Made by a program: the position numbers and the translations under genes. A stretch of DNA of 54,938 nt from Patescibacteria group bacterium (lineage in GTDB: Bacteria > Patescibacteriota > Minisyncoccia > Phycocordibacterales > UBA918): NCBI GenBank assembly GCA_039188945.1, contig JBCCYW010000005.1, positions 1 to 54,938 on the forward strand. Reading direction: 5' to 3'. The notes below the pieces were generated by a model. The model was not told the origin of the DNA and made no database searches. It worked only from the letters and a program-made list of their open reading frames with translations. Shown one piece after another: positions 31,468-41,127 of the stretch (positions are counted from its first letter, which is position 1; every line of letters begins with the position of its first letter).

Positions 31468-34236
31468 ATGCAAGACGAAATGATCCAGGAATCGCAACAC
31501 ACAAAACGAGTACCTTGGCTTTTACTCATAAGCACATTCATACTTGGGGTTGCTCTAACCATTGGCTTGCTCTGGCTCTATATGAACCAAAGCTCAGCTC
31601 CGAGTAACACAACAATCAACTCAGATACCAGTGTTCCCGCTGCGCCAGCTGAGTTGGCAGCAGTTGAAGCTTTGCCCAAACCAAACACTGAAGCAGTCAG
31701 TACTACCACACCGACCACAACTGAACCAACTATCGATGACCAACCCAACGAGATTGCCATGAGTACTGGGCCAGAGGTAAGCAGTCTGGAACCTGAAACC
31801 GCAATCGCTGAGACAGACAGACCTGTCGAGGAAGTGGCTTCCACTGAATTACCAATGGTGGAAGGAGTCTGGTCAGGCGATATGAACAGCGTACCGGATG
31901 GAACAACGCATATCGCAGCCCGTTCTGGTGCCTGGTCAGATGCAGCTACCTGGCAAAACCAGATTATACCGACTAGTTGGGCAAACGTATACGTACCAAG
32001 TGGTGTTACGGTGATCGTCGATCAAGAGCTTTCCACTCCCCACAAAACTGTAGACATTGACGGGACACTCCAATTTGCAACTGATAGAGACACTACCCTT
32101 TTGGTAGAAACGATCTTCACTGGGCATAGGGGACATCTCCTCATTGGTACCCAAAGCAATCCAGTTCGTGCGGATGTCACTGCCACCGTGGTATTTGCTG
32201 ACGACGGGCCAGTCAGTCGCGCACATGATCCTGAGCTCATCCGCCGCGGCGCCATCTTGCATGGTAAAACCACTATGTACGGTGGAGAAAAATTGGCTTT
32301 CACGAGCGTCGCATCGTTTCCGCGAGCCGGCAATACCTCAGTCACTTTGAGTGAAACACCGACCGGTTGGCGTACTGGTGACGAGATTGTGATTGCCGGT
32401 GTTGAAGCCGATAACCCTGAGAGTGACCAAGTAGTAACGATTACGAGTATTAGCGGCACCACGGTCAACTTTACCCCTGCCCTGATTCGCAACCACATAC
32501 CGCCCCGCAATGACCTTGATGTCCACGTCGCTAATCTCACTCGCAACATCACCTTCCGCTCCGAAAATGACTCACTCTTGCACCGCGGTCACGTCATGTT
32601 TATGCACACCAACGACGCTGATGTGCGCTACGTTGCATTTGAGGATCTTGGCCGAACCGACAAAACACGACCGGTCGACGATTGGGAAATCGTCAGTCCT
32701 GATGGAGACTTTTTTGTTCAGGCCGCTTCAGAGTGGACTGGCTATCGCGACCTCTATGGCACTAATGTTCGTGGTCGTTACTCTGTGCACTTCCACCGTG
32801 GTGGTGACGACACCGGACCAGCGATTGTGCAGGGTACGGTAGTGAATAACGACCCAGGCTGGGCCTACGTGAACCACTCAGCCAACGTCGACTTCTTAGA
32901 TAATGTTTCCTATGAAGTCGTCGGCGCTGCGTATAACACCGAGTCTGGCGACGAAATCGGATCATTCAAGCGGAATATTGCCATTCGTAACGTCAATCCA
33001 TTTGCCACCCTCAACCCAGCTGATGGTGAAACGGCTGACGAAAACTCACCTGATGTACGAGTGTTACAGCAAGACTTTGGGTTTCAGGGTTGCGGTTTTT
33101 GGTTCCATGGCGCTGGCGTAGCGGTTGAAGACAATGTCGTCAGTGGCGCTACCGGACACGCCTACATCTACTGGAAACTCGGGCTCGTTGAAAAAGGGCT
33201 TGGTGAGAATCTTGCTGACGCTGGCAACGTACCAAACGGCTACCTGATCGGGCCACCAGGAACAAAGATTCCAACCTTACAAGTTCCGGTCACCAGTTTT
33301 GATAACAACGTTGCCTACAGCGCTACTAAGGGACTCTACATTGCCTATCTACACACCGACAACCGCGACGAGTACTACCACTACCAAGCCGAGGAAGGCA
33401 ACGTGGCTCGGGTTCCACAAGCGTATGAAGATCAGCTGCAGTCAACCTTCTCAAACTTTACAGCGTGGAATATTCCATCGAGCGGAATTGCGGCTCCCTA
33501 CTCCACCAGACTTACCTTTCGCAACATTGATCTGATTGGTGATGGAAAATATGGCTCTATCGGAATCAAACTTGATCAGTTTAGTAACCGCAATGATTTG
33601 ACGATAGAAAATGCCAGCATTGATGGATTTACTGTCGGTATAGCAGCACCTCGGCAAGGACAGGCGCTGATTAATGGAGCACAGATATTTGCACCAAACG
33701 ATATTCGCATCATTGTTCCCGACCGGGCAGCTCGGGATCTCACGATCAGAGACGTTACCTTCCTAGATAACAGCGTCGTGTATGGCAGCTTGGGTGAACG
33801 AATAAACATCGAGATGGCAGCCGCCTTTGATCTTGGGCTGGCTGGGGGCATTCTCGGTATTGATGACGCGTTCTTTGATGAACCGCATCTGCTCAACGTA
33901 CCACCAATCTTCCATCGTGATCGCATTGTGCTAGATATCCCTGGCTACCGTAATCAAGGTCTCTATTTCTACCCCCAAGCAGCCGACTTTGTGCCAGTTC
34001 CTGAAGGCGGTGAATTATCTGAGTTTGTCCGCAGTGAACTGGTGGGGCTCACCAACGCTGAGTTGCAAGCTGACTTTGGAATCTCCTTCTCTGATGCTGT
34101 AGCGCCAACGAGTGCGTATGAAGCTCCGCAGATTGAAGGTGGTGTAGTTGGACCAGCTATCCCGTCCGCCGGTTACAGGCTCGAACCAGATACCTACTGG
34201 CGCAACTACCTAGCATCACTTGGTGAGATCTTCTAG
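31468..34236 (+). CDS. membrane-anchored G8-domain / right-handed beta-helix protein (possible glycan-degrading enzyme)
   Basis: WSDAATWQNQIIPTSWANVYVPSGVTVIVDQELSTPHKTVDIDGTLQF fits the G8 consensus. It is followed by repetitive beta-helix-like segments. N-terminal TM helix plus a Thr/Pro-rich linker. Confidence 0.75.
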   Translation: MQDEMIQESQHTKRVPWLLLISTFILGVALTIGLLWLYMNQSSAPSNTTINSDTSVPAAPAELAAVEALPKPNTEAVSTTTPTTTEPTIDDQPNEIAMSTGPEVSSLEPETAIAETDRPVEEVASTELPMVEGVWSGDMNSVPDGTTHIAARSGAWSDAATWQNQIIPTSWANVYVPSGVTVIVDQELSTPHKTVDIDGTLQFATDRDTTLLVETIFTGHRGHLLIGTQSNPVRADVTATVVFADDGPVSRAHDPELIRRGAILHGKTTMYGGEKLAFTSVASFPRAGNTSVTLSETPTGWRTGDEIVIAGVEADNPESDQVVTITSISGTTVNFTPALIRNHIPPRNDLDVHVANLTRNITFRSENDSLLHRGHVMFMHTNDADVRYVAFEDLGRTDKTRPVDDWEIVSPDGDFFVQAASEWTGYRDLYGTNVRGRYSVHFHRGGDDTGPAIVQGTVVNNDPGWAYVNHSANVDFLDNVSYEVVGAAYNTESGDEIGSFKRNIAIRNVNPFATLNPADGETADENSPDVRVLQQDFGFQGCGFWFHGAGVAVEDNVVSGATGHAYIYWKLGLVEKGLGENLADAGNVPNGYLIGPPGTKIPTLQVPVTSFDNNVAYSATKGLYIAYLHTDNRDEYYHYQAEEGNVARVPQAYEDQLQSTFSNFTAWNIPSSGIAAPYSTRLTFRNIDLIGDGKYGSIGIKLDQFSNRNDLTIENASIDGFTVGIAAPRQGQALINGAQIFAPNDIRIIVPDRAARDLTIRDVTFLDNSVVYGSLGERINIEMAAAFDLGLAGGILGIDDAFFDEPHLLNVPPIFHRDRIVLDIPGYRNQGLYFYPQAADFVPVPEGGELSEFVRSELVGLTNAELQADFGISFSDAVAPTSAYEAPQIEGGVVGPAIPSAGYRLEPDTYWRNYLASLGEIF

Positions 34237-34363
34237 CAACAGCTCTTAAAACTATCTGACCAACTAACACAGTCCGATTCGAACATTTCTATACAGAGAC
34301 TGTTCAGGTTATTGCTATTTTTGTAAAATAGCTAGCAACCTATCGAAGTGATAGATAAATAAT

Positions 34364-34768
34364 ATGAAAGTGATACATAAAATTGCTGCGGTTGTAATTC
34401 AAGACAATACGTTTCTAATGGTTCGAAAACACGGTAAAGACATCTGGACTAGCTTGGGTGGACATCCTGAAAATGAGGAAACTGAGCAAGAAGCACTAAT
34501 ACGCGAAATTAAAGAAGAGATGGGATGTGAAGCAATCTTGAAGAAGAAACTCGGAGATTTCGAAGCACCAGCAGCACATGATGATGCAATTGTTAGACTT
34601 TCTACATATTTAGTCGAGCTACAGGGAGAAATAAACTTTGCTGACCCTGAGCTAGCTGAGTACAGATTTTTAGATAAACATTACGAAAAAGACGGTGTGA
34701 AACTCCCTGTTTCAATCAGAGAACAAGTGCTTCCTTTTTGTATTAAAGAAGGGCTCTTGGATTGGTAA
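34364..34768 (+). CDS. NUDIX hydrolase
   Basis: Nudix box GGHPENEETEQEALIREIKEEMGCE (Gx5Ex7REUxEExGU). Confidence 0.85.
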   Translation: MKVIHKIAAVVIQDNTFLMVRKHGKDIWTSLGGHPENEETEQEALIREIKEEMGCEAILKKKLGDFEAPAAHDDAIVRLSTYLVELQGEINFADPELAEYRFLDKHYEKDGVKLPVSIREQVLPFCIKEGLLDW

Positions 34769-34888
34769 GATAGTCGCAACGAGATGTCGTCATACAAAAT
34801 GTCTCCTCTTGCAACCTCTCAAAAATAATTTGAATTTACTCTATGTAAATCTAGACACTGCCCCCGAACTTAGTACAATGCCAAGGTT

Positions 34889-36022
34889 ATGACAAAACCA
34901 TCAATTCGCTTATTACTGCTTGCACTACTTCTCTTTGGCGTGCAAACAACTTCTGCACTGGCGCACCCAGCTGACATTACTGTCACAGATTTTTTTGTTG
35001 AACGAGATTGGGATAATGTTGAGATTGCACCCGAGCGCCTACGTGCCGTGCATAGCGTCAACTGGTTTGAGGCGATGGAGATTCTCGACCCAAATAATGA
35101 AATGACAGCTGCAGAGCTACTGGCTGACTTGCGTCAATCAGAACTAGCTATTGCTTCTTACCTTGATGAGAATCTCTCCATACAAACCAGCGAAGAAACC
35201 TGTTCGTACGAAAACATCTCTATTCCAGAACAAGCAGCAGTTGAGGTAACCGCTGTTGGTCTGTTTTTTGACTTTGACGTGGTATGCCCAGTGCCGATTG
35301 GTGACATGACGGTGACAGCCTCTTTCCTCTTAGAGAAATACCCAGGACAAAGCAACTTCCTCACCTTTTACCGCTTCCCAGGAGACCTGATCGTGACCGA
35401 CAGCGTCAACCAAGAACAACCAACGGTTACGCACACCATTGCCGATCCGCAAGCAGCGCAATCGAGCCTCAGTCTGTTTACCAACTTTGTGTACGAGGGA
35501 ATTCGTCATATTGTTCCGCTTGGTCTTGATCATATTTTATTTATCGCCACTGTATTTTTGATCGCCGGCTCACTGCGACGAATCGTGCTCTACTCACTCA
35601 TTTTTACTCTCGCCCACTCAATTACCTTGGCACTTACGGTCCTCGGCTTTATTGTGCCTAATGGCAGTTTGATTGAAGCGATTATTGCTTTGAGTATTTT
35701 GGTGTTTGCAGTTGATGCGGTCTATCGGTTTGTGCCACAACTATGGCAAGGTGCGATTATTTTTGCGTTTGGTCTTTTCCACGGGATGGGCTTTGCGAGC
35801 GTCCTCACTGAACTTGGTTTGCCAGAAGGAGCTGAGGTGTTAGCGCTAATTGGATTCAATATCGGAGTAGAGGTTGGCCAACTAGGAGTGATTTTGGTTC
35901 TTGCGGCGAGTACCTGGTGGATCTTCAGCGACCCTGAACGTCGACGCCTTACCACCATTACGATGGCGACCGCGATTGCCTGTGTTGCTGCATACTGGGT
36001 AATCGAACGAACGTTGCTGTAG
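34889..36022 (+). CDS. HupE/UreJ-family membrane protein with N-terminal periplasmic extension
   Basis: Signal peptide, then GIRHIVPLGLDHILFIATVF and a multi-TM C-terminal half (HGMGFASVL, GFNIGVEVGQL), as in HupE/UreJ_2. Confidence 0.8.
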   Translation: MTKPSIRLLLLALLLFGVQTTSALAHPADITVTDFFVERDWDNVEIAPERLRAVHSVNWFEAMEILDPNNEMTAAELLADLRQSELAIASYLDENLSIQTSEETCSYENISIPEQAAVEVTAVGLFFDFDVVCPVPIGDMTVTASFLLEKYPGQSNFLTFYRFPGDLIVTDSVNQEQPTVTHTIADPQAAQSSLSLFTNFVYEGIRHIVPLGLDHILFIATVFLIAGSLRRIVLYSLIFTLAHSITLALTVLGFIVPNGSLIEAIIALSILVFAVDAVYRFVPQLWQGAIIFAFGLFHGMGFASVLTELGLPEGAEVLALIGFNIGVEVGQLGVILVLAASTWWIFSDPERRRLTTITMATAIACVAAYWVIERTLL

Positions 36023-36037
36023 TTACGAATCGGTCAA

Positions 36038-36643
36038 CTACCTACCCGTACCAGTCGCAACATACACAAACTCCCACACGACACCGGTATCAGTTTTCTC
36101 TGGTGTGAAGTAGTAGGTATGTATTCTATTAAGATGATCTGTCTCGATTGCAATAGCCGGCGCGATCACCTCAGTGACACCAGCCATTTCTAGTGCGAGA
36201 CGTTGATGTAAGACGACATCAGTAACCTGAATAGTTTGATCTGAGTCGGTTATATTGAGAAGTTCAAAAAGTGCCTGGTATAAACCTGGATCAAACCAGA
36301 TAATTAACCCTTCTGGAGGTGCTACCTTCGGTTGAATAGTAATACTCGTTACGAGATCCGGGTGAGACAACACAATACCTTCAGAGAGCGAAACGTCACC
36401 AAAACGAAACTGTCCTGCAGCACCCACAGCTACTGTGGTATCACCCGCAGTTAGCGTTACCGCGGCGACCGACTCAGCAGTAACCGGGTCGAGTACAATC
36501 CCACTGATTGGGACCCTGTCTGACTGCATCACTACATCGGTCGGCGTGGTCATGCGCGTGTCATAGAATATTAGCCAGGCACTGATCGCTAAAAGAACGC
36601 CAAGCGCAATGACACCACCCTTAATGATTGTTTGTTTTTTCAT
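36038..36643 (-). CDS. membrane-anchored hypothetical protein (201 aa) with carboxypeptidase-regulatory-like beta domain
   Basis: Start trimmed to the ATG at 36643 (MKKQTIIKGGVIALGVLLAISAWLIF). Overlaps the upstream gene by 23 nt. ISGIVLDPVT...AAGQFRFGDV pattern. Confidence 0.6.
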   Translation of the reverse strand: MKKQTIIKGGVIALGVLLAISAWLIFYDTRMTTPTDVVMQSDRVPISGIVLDPVTAESVAAVTLTAGDTTVAVGAAGQFRFGDVSLSEGIVLSHPDLVTSITIQPKVAPPEGLIIWFDPGLYQALFELLNITDSDQTIQVTDVVLHQRLALEMAGVTEVIAPAIAIETDHLNRIHTYYFTPEKTDTGVVWEFVYVATGTGR

Positions 36644-39600
36644 GTTGATTTTTTTCTTTATGCCGCTGATACGATCGCAATACCAGGTAACAGAGCAAGA
36701 GCACCAGCAGTAGATCAAACGGAATGTATCGAAGGTAGTAAATAGCGGTTGTGCCAGATGCCGGGTCATACCAAGCGGCTCCTGAATCTTCAAATAAACT
36801 CAGATCGAGTTGCACGACATACACTTCCCCATCAGCAGTAAAGCCCCGAACATACACCACACTTTCTAAAGCTTGATCGGCTAACCGATACGGACTGACT
36901 GCTTCTGTCCAACCATTCAGTGATTCTGGTATGGCGGTCTTCGGTAGCTCTACCACCTCATAGCGTTCGATCGGAACATCGCCCAACTCAATAAATTCAA
37001 GGTAGTAATCACCGTTGAAGATCTCGATGTAGTTGCGTAGCAAGACGGTGAACGGTGCCGGGTCGGTCCGTTCAGTAACCGTAACAGTAGCCGTTTGCGG
37101 GACAAAAATGTATTCAGTGAGACACTCATCACCAACACAGGTGGCGAACCCTTCGTTAACGATAATGAGTGATTCCTCAACCACAAATGTACGTTGCTTG
37201 CTGAAGGCACTGAAAGCTTCGGCAGTGGCAGATCGGACCCGCACCTGATATTCCTCAACTTCATAACGACTCGTATCAATAGTGAAATTGTATGCTCCAG
37301 ACTCATCAACATCTGTAAATTGGAACTGTTCTTGATCGGCGTTAATACCAACAGTAATTGTGCTGTCAGGAACACTTCGGCCAGTGACGGTTACCAAGCC
37401 ACCTTGTTGGGTAATAACCGGTCCCACATCCATAGTTGGTGGTAAGTAAATATCTGTGATTCTTCCGTCAGCTCGTTGTTCTAACATAAACTGATACGCC
37501 AGCGATGAGCTCAAACGACCATCAGTATCTTCAGCAAACAGTGAGAGGTTGTATTCCCCTTTCTTAAGATCGTCAACTTCGATTTCAAAAACAGCAGAGG
37601 CGTCAGCTTCGGCAGTAGCGATAATCAAACCTTCTTCTCGAATATATACGGTTGCGTATGGCGATGCGACACCAGCGAACGTGATGCTACCAAGTAGGTT
37701 TGAGCCACCACCGCCACTTCTGCCAGTGCTCGTGATAGTCGAAACACACGTCGTGCCATTCCAACTTGTATTGGTACCACAAAAACCATCCCCACTAATT
37801 GCTGAGATACATGACACGCCATCCCACGTAGTACTAGCGCCACAAAACGCACTACCCGCAGTAGCGACACCCTCACAGCTAGTACCGTTCCACGTGCTGC
37901 TGGCACCACAAAACGTAGAGCCATCAATGACTGCGACACACGCTGTGCCATTCCAGGTCGTCGTAGCACCACAAAACGATGCGCCATTAACTGCCGCCAC
38001 GACCCCCACCACTTCACGCTCCATCACGTTGCCATTAACATCTTCGGTGTAGATCAAGATCGGTATCGACTCACCAGCAACAAAATCATTCTGCGGATCA
38101 ATCACAAACGAATAATCATTGGCGGTACCAGTGAGTGCGGTAGTGTCACCAGCATAATTACCACCAGTAAAATCAAGACTGCTGGTATAGGTAATACGGG
38201 TACCAGTGGTTGTTACCTGACCAGCACCACCGCCATTGGTGTAGTAGGTTCCATTTACATACACCACCGTCTCGTTGAGATTTACACCAACACCATCGTC
38301 CTTAATATGAAACGAGATAGTGCCCGAAGCTGCAACAAACGCATCATCAGCTGGATCGAGCTCGTCGACATATGGTCGACTACCATCAGTCGTACCAAAC
38401 GTATAGGTATCAGTGACCATGACATTGCCTTGACGATCAACACAATCACGCACGATGACAGTAACCGTCTCATTTTCACTAAAATCAATAGTTGGATTGA
38501 TTGTAAACTGAACTCCGTACGTAGTAGATGCCACGGTTACATCTGGACTTATATATGTATAGGTAGTTGTAGCAACACTCGGCGAGCCAACATCAATCGA
38601 ACAAGAACTGGTGACCAAACCAATCCCTGACGCTCCAGACGGATATGAAATTCGGTCTTCAACAGTTACTGAAATGTCTGTGCTCACCGCATTTCCGGCT
38701 GAACCAGCGCCAGGCGAGCGGCTCGTTACCTGGGGGGCAACGGCATCACCCTCGGTAGTAAAGGTCGTGGTGGTGGCCACCATGGCATTGGGACCATTTG
38801 CATCTCCTAGACTATCTTGATCAGTTGACGCAAAATCTTCAAAACCACTAACCACCAACGTATACGTCGTGTTGTATTCAAAATTACGCGGGTCTCCGGC
38901 TTGTCCTGAAGGTGGATCAGGATTAACGGTCACCGCACAAAGATTACTGCCCCAAATTCCCGAGCAACTAAATGAACTATCATCAGTTTCATCAACTCCG
39001 TTCAAAGTAATGATGCCTGGCGGCTCACTGGTATTCACTCCAGTACCAACACCATTCAAGTCACCTTGACCATTAAGCGTATCGCGCAAATTAAAGGTAA
39101 CGTTACTCGTAACCGGTATTCCCGTAGCACCATCAGTTGGACTAATACTATCAGCAAATGGCGGAACCGTATCAGCCCAAATATGAAATTGAAAATCTTC
39201 TGCATCATCCAAAACGTCAATACTGCTCACTGAAATATTACTCTCGGTTGTATCGCCAATCGTACCGATATTGATGTCTAGTAATCCAGGAGAACCAGTG
39301 CCATAAGCGGCCGCGGTTGGCTCGTTAGCGGTAAATCGGACTGTACCAAACGAGCCCGTTCCAACTGAGTTTACTGGATTAATGAAATTAAGACCGGTCG
39401 ACAAGATCCGTGAGCCGCCAAAACTGGTTGGTTCACTGGTGTTGATTGTTTGCCCACTCCACGTATCAAAGAACGAACCAGTAGTAAGATTTGAAGCGGT
39501 AGTAGTGGCAGTATCGTAATCAATCCAGATATTGGCTGACAGTGCACCGGCTGACACAATTTGCATGGTGGTCGTAAATGATTGTCCAACGTAGTAGTAA

Positions 39601-39773
39601 TTAAGATCAGCTGGATTGCCCGTTCCCCCATCACCAGTATTATCACCACCGGTAGTGACGTTTGTGAGCAGTTGAAAATAATCATCTCCAGACGGTGCAG
39701 CAGCCAATAACGGCAACGCAGCCACGCTCGATACCAACACACCAAACACAAAACTGATGACAATCGCTCTCAT
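36621..39773 (-). CDS. large cell-surface protein (1050 aa): signal peptide, cohesin-like N-domain, SbsA/Big_5-like Ig domains, Cys repeats, C-terminal TM anchor
   Basis: MRAIVISFVFGVLVSSVAALPLLAAA signal. YVGQSFTTTMQIVSAGALSANIWIDYD...GSFGTVRFTANEP (cohesin-like pattern). PPFADSISPTDGATGIPVTSNVTFNL and APQVTSRSPGAGSAGNAVSTDISVTV (Ig-like). C-terminal IPFDLLLVLLLCYLVLRSYQRHK. Confidence 0.85.
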   Translation of the reverse strand: MRAIVISFVFGVLVSSVAALPLLAAAPSGDDYFQLLTNVTTGGDNTGDGGTGNPADLNYYYVGQSFTTTMQIVSAGALSANIWIDYDTATTTASNLTTGSFFDTWSGQTINTSEPTSFGGSRILSTGLNFINPVNSVGTGSFGTVRFTANEPTAAAYGTGSPGLLDINIGTIGDTTESNISVSSIDVLDDAEDFQFHIWADTVPPFADSISPTDGATGIPVTSNVTFNLRDTLNGQGDLNGVGTGVNTSEPPGIITLNGVDETDDSSFSCSGIWGSNLCAVTVNPDPPSGQAGDPRNFEYNTTYTLVVSGFEDFASTDQDSLGDANGPNAMVATTTTFTTEGDAVAPQVTSRSPGAGSAGNAVSTDISVTVEDRISYPSGASGIGLVTSSCSIDVGSPSVATTTYTYISPDVTVASTTYGVQFTINPTIDFSENETVTVIVRDCVDRQGNVMVTDTYTFGTTDGSRPYVDELDPADDAFVAASGTISFHIKDDGVGVNLNETVVYVNGTYYTNGGGAGQVTTTGTRITYTSSLDFTGGNYAGDTTALTGTANDYSFVIDPQNDFVAGESIPILIYTEDVNGNVMEREVVGVVAAVNGASFCGATTTWNGTACVAVIDGSTFCGASSTWNGTSCEGVATAGSAFCGASTTWDGVSCISAISGDGFCGTNTSWNGTTCVSTITSTGRSGGGGSNLLGSITFAGVASPYATVYIREEGLIIATAEADASAVFEIEVDDLKKGEYNLSLFAEDTDGRLSSSLAYQFMLEQRADGRITDIYLPPTMDVGPVITQQGGLVTVTGRSVPDSTITVGINADQEQFQFTDVDESGAYNFTIDTSRYEVEEYQVRVRSATAEAFSAFSKQRTFVVEESLIIVNEGFATCVGDECLTEYIFVPQTATVTVTERTDPAPFTVLLRNYIEIFNGDYYLEFIELGDVPIERYEVVELPKTAIPESLNGWTEAVSPYRLADQALESVVYVRGFTADGEVYVVQLDLSLFEDSGAAWYDPASGTTAIYYLRYIPFDLLLVLLLCYLVLRSYQRHKEKNQHEKTNNH
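37743..37985 (-). repeat. four tandem ~20-aa Cys-pair repeats, FCG(A/T)xT(S/T)W(N/D)G(T/V)xC, within the 1050-aa protein
   Basis: SFCGATTTWNGTAC / TFCGASSTWNGTSC / AFCGASTTWDGVSC / GFCGTNTSWNGTTC (aa ~599-676). Confidence 0.85.
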
Positions 39774-39774
39774 A

Positions 39775-40557
39775 CTAATTATCTCCTTGGGCGTCCAAGT
39801 TATCGAGCATGATTGATAAGTCGACCGAATTCACTGCTGTATCTTGATTGAGGTTGGCCCGAATCCCATTACCAGTGGCATCACTATCATCCAACACAGC
39901 GAGAATTGCAGAGAGATCAACCGAGTTCACCACATCGTCACCTAGTGTAGCGGCCGAGTCACCGGCTCCGTTTACATCGCCTGCCAACAATCGAATGCTG
40001 CCACGAGTGGTTGAGGCGTAATCGGTTGTAGAAAAATTGAGTGTCGTACTACCAAAACCAATCGGCACATCTTGCAGTACCCGGGTAAGGTGCTGACTTC
40101 CTTTAAAACCAATATCGTACGTTCCAGTAGCAACACTCGTGAGGTCGATGTCAGCAAGATATGTACCATCAACTGATGTGGTGGCTAAGGCGGTCGTAAA
40201 TAGCACCACGTCGTCTGCGTCGTCAGCTGTGCGAATAGACAAGTAGAACACAGTGTCATCATTGGTCTGCTCCACTCCGACACGACCCTCTGGCACTGCA
40301 TATTGAATTGTTACCGTCGATGAACCAGTTGGAGCGACATAGCTTAGCCACGTCCGACCTTGATCAAGCAGGTAGCTTGCGCTATTGGAGAAACTATTAA
40401 TAGCTTCTCCAATGATAGCCCGGAACTCATAATTAACTGAGCTGCCTGAGAACTCCGTGCCACCAATCTGTTCCTGAGAAAGTTCATATTGCGGACTAGC
40501 TGCCGCTAATGCCGTTATTGGCAAAAAGCAAAAGATAGCGAAAAACCTTCCAATCAT
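39775..40557 (-). CDS. secreted protein with C-terminal dockerin-like duplicated Ca-binding segment
   Basis: Signal peptide MIGRFFAIFCFLPITALAAA. C-terminus GDVNGAGD...DDVVNSVDLSAILAVL and NLNQDTAVNSVDLSIMLDNL (two dockerin-type repeats). Stop lies 1 nt before the next ATG. Confidence 0.7.
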   Translation of the reverse strand: MIGRFFAIFCFLPITALAAASPQYELSQEQIGGTEFSGSSVNYEFRAIIGEAINSFSNSASYLLDQGRTWLSYVAPTGSSTVTIQYAVPEGRVGVEQTNDDTVFYLSIRTADDADDVVLFTTALATTSVDGTYLADIDLTSVATGTYDIGFKGSQHLTRVLQDVPIGFGSTTLNFSTTDYASTTRGSIRLLAGDVNGAGDSAATLGDDVVNSVDLSAILAVLDDSDATGNGIRANLNQDTAVNSVDLSIMLDNLDAQGDN

Positions 40558-40569
40558 ACTGTAATGAAC

Positions 40570-41049
40570 TTATTGAGATACAACATGGGCTTGTAGAGCT
40601 ACGACAGTTTGATCAAGATAAAATAAAACTGACTGCCAAGCTTGATCGTGCTCAAAATCAATCTGAGCCTGTGTATCAATGAGAGCCAACACCTCCGCCC
40701 GATCATTCAATATGGTTTGCAATGCCGAGAGACTATGCACTAACTGCATTTCTTCCCATGGTGAGAGTGCACCGGTTTCCGCTATAGCAACGATATCGGC
40801 GATAGCTGCAGCGTGAGCAATCAAACGTGCGCGAAGCAGCACTGCCTCACCTTCGGTAAGCTGTGCTGCTGAATCAGTATCATATTCATTAAGGAGTGAC
40901 ACGATGTCGTGTGTCTGCGAGGCGACAACACCAGTATAATCAACCTGCACCTGGGATTCATGTACCCAATACACCAACAAAAGACTGGTGGCAGCTACTG
41001 CTACCCCAAGGAAAAAACTGCGCAGGCTAAGGATTGCGGACAAAGCCAT
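40570..41049 (-). CDS. membrane-anchored helical hypothetical protein (159 aa)
   Basis: ATG ORF with an N-terminal TM helix (FFLGVAVAATSLLLVYWV), 12 nt upstream of the dockerin-like gene. Confidence 0.6.
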   Translation of the reverse strand: MALSAILSLRSFFLGVAVAATSLLLVYWVHESQVQVDYTGVVASQTHDIVSLLNEYDTDSAAQLTEGEAVLLRARLIAHAAAIADIVAIAETGALSPWEEMQLVHSLSALQTILNDRAEVLALIDTQAQIDFEHDQAWQSVLFYLDQTVVALQAHVVSQ

Positions 41050-41127
41050 AATTGCGTTACGTACTCAAACTATAGCATACACAGCACTCTGCACAGGAAG
41101 CAATTGAGTTCGGTACAATACTTATAT

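Noticed and set aside
34266-34290. TCCGATTCGAAC resembling a tRNA T-loop
   Set aside because: No acceptor, D or anticodon arms can be built around it on either strand.
36644-36793. Upstream extensions of ORFs 36038..36793 and 40909..41616
   Set aside because: The extensions lie inside the neighbouring gene or an intergenic region. The internal ATGs (36643 and 41128) begin with typical Lys-rich plus TM N-termini.
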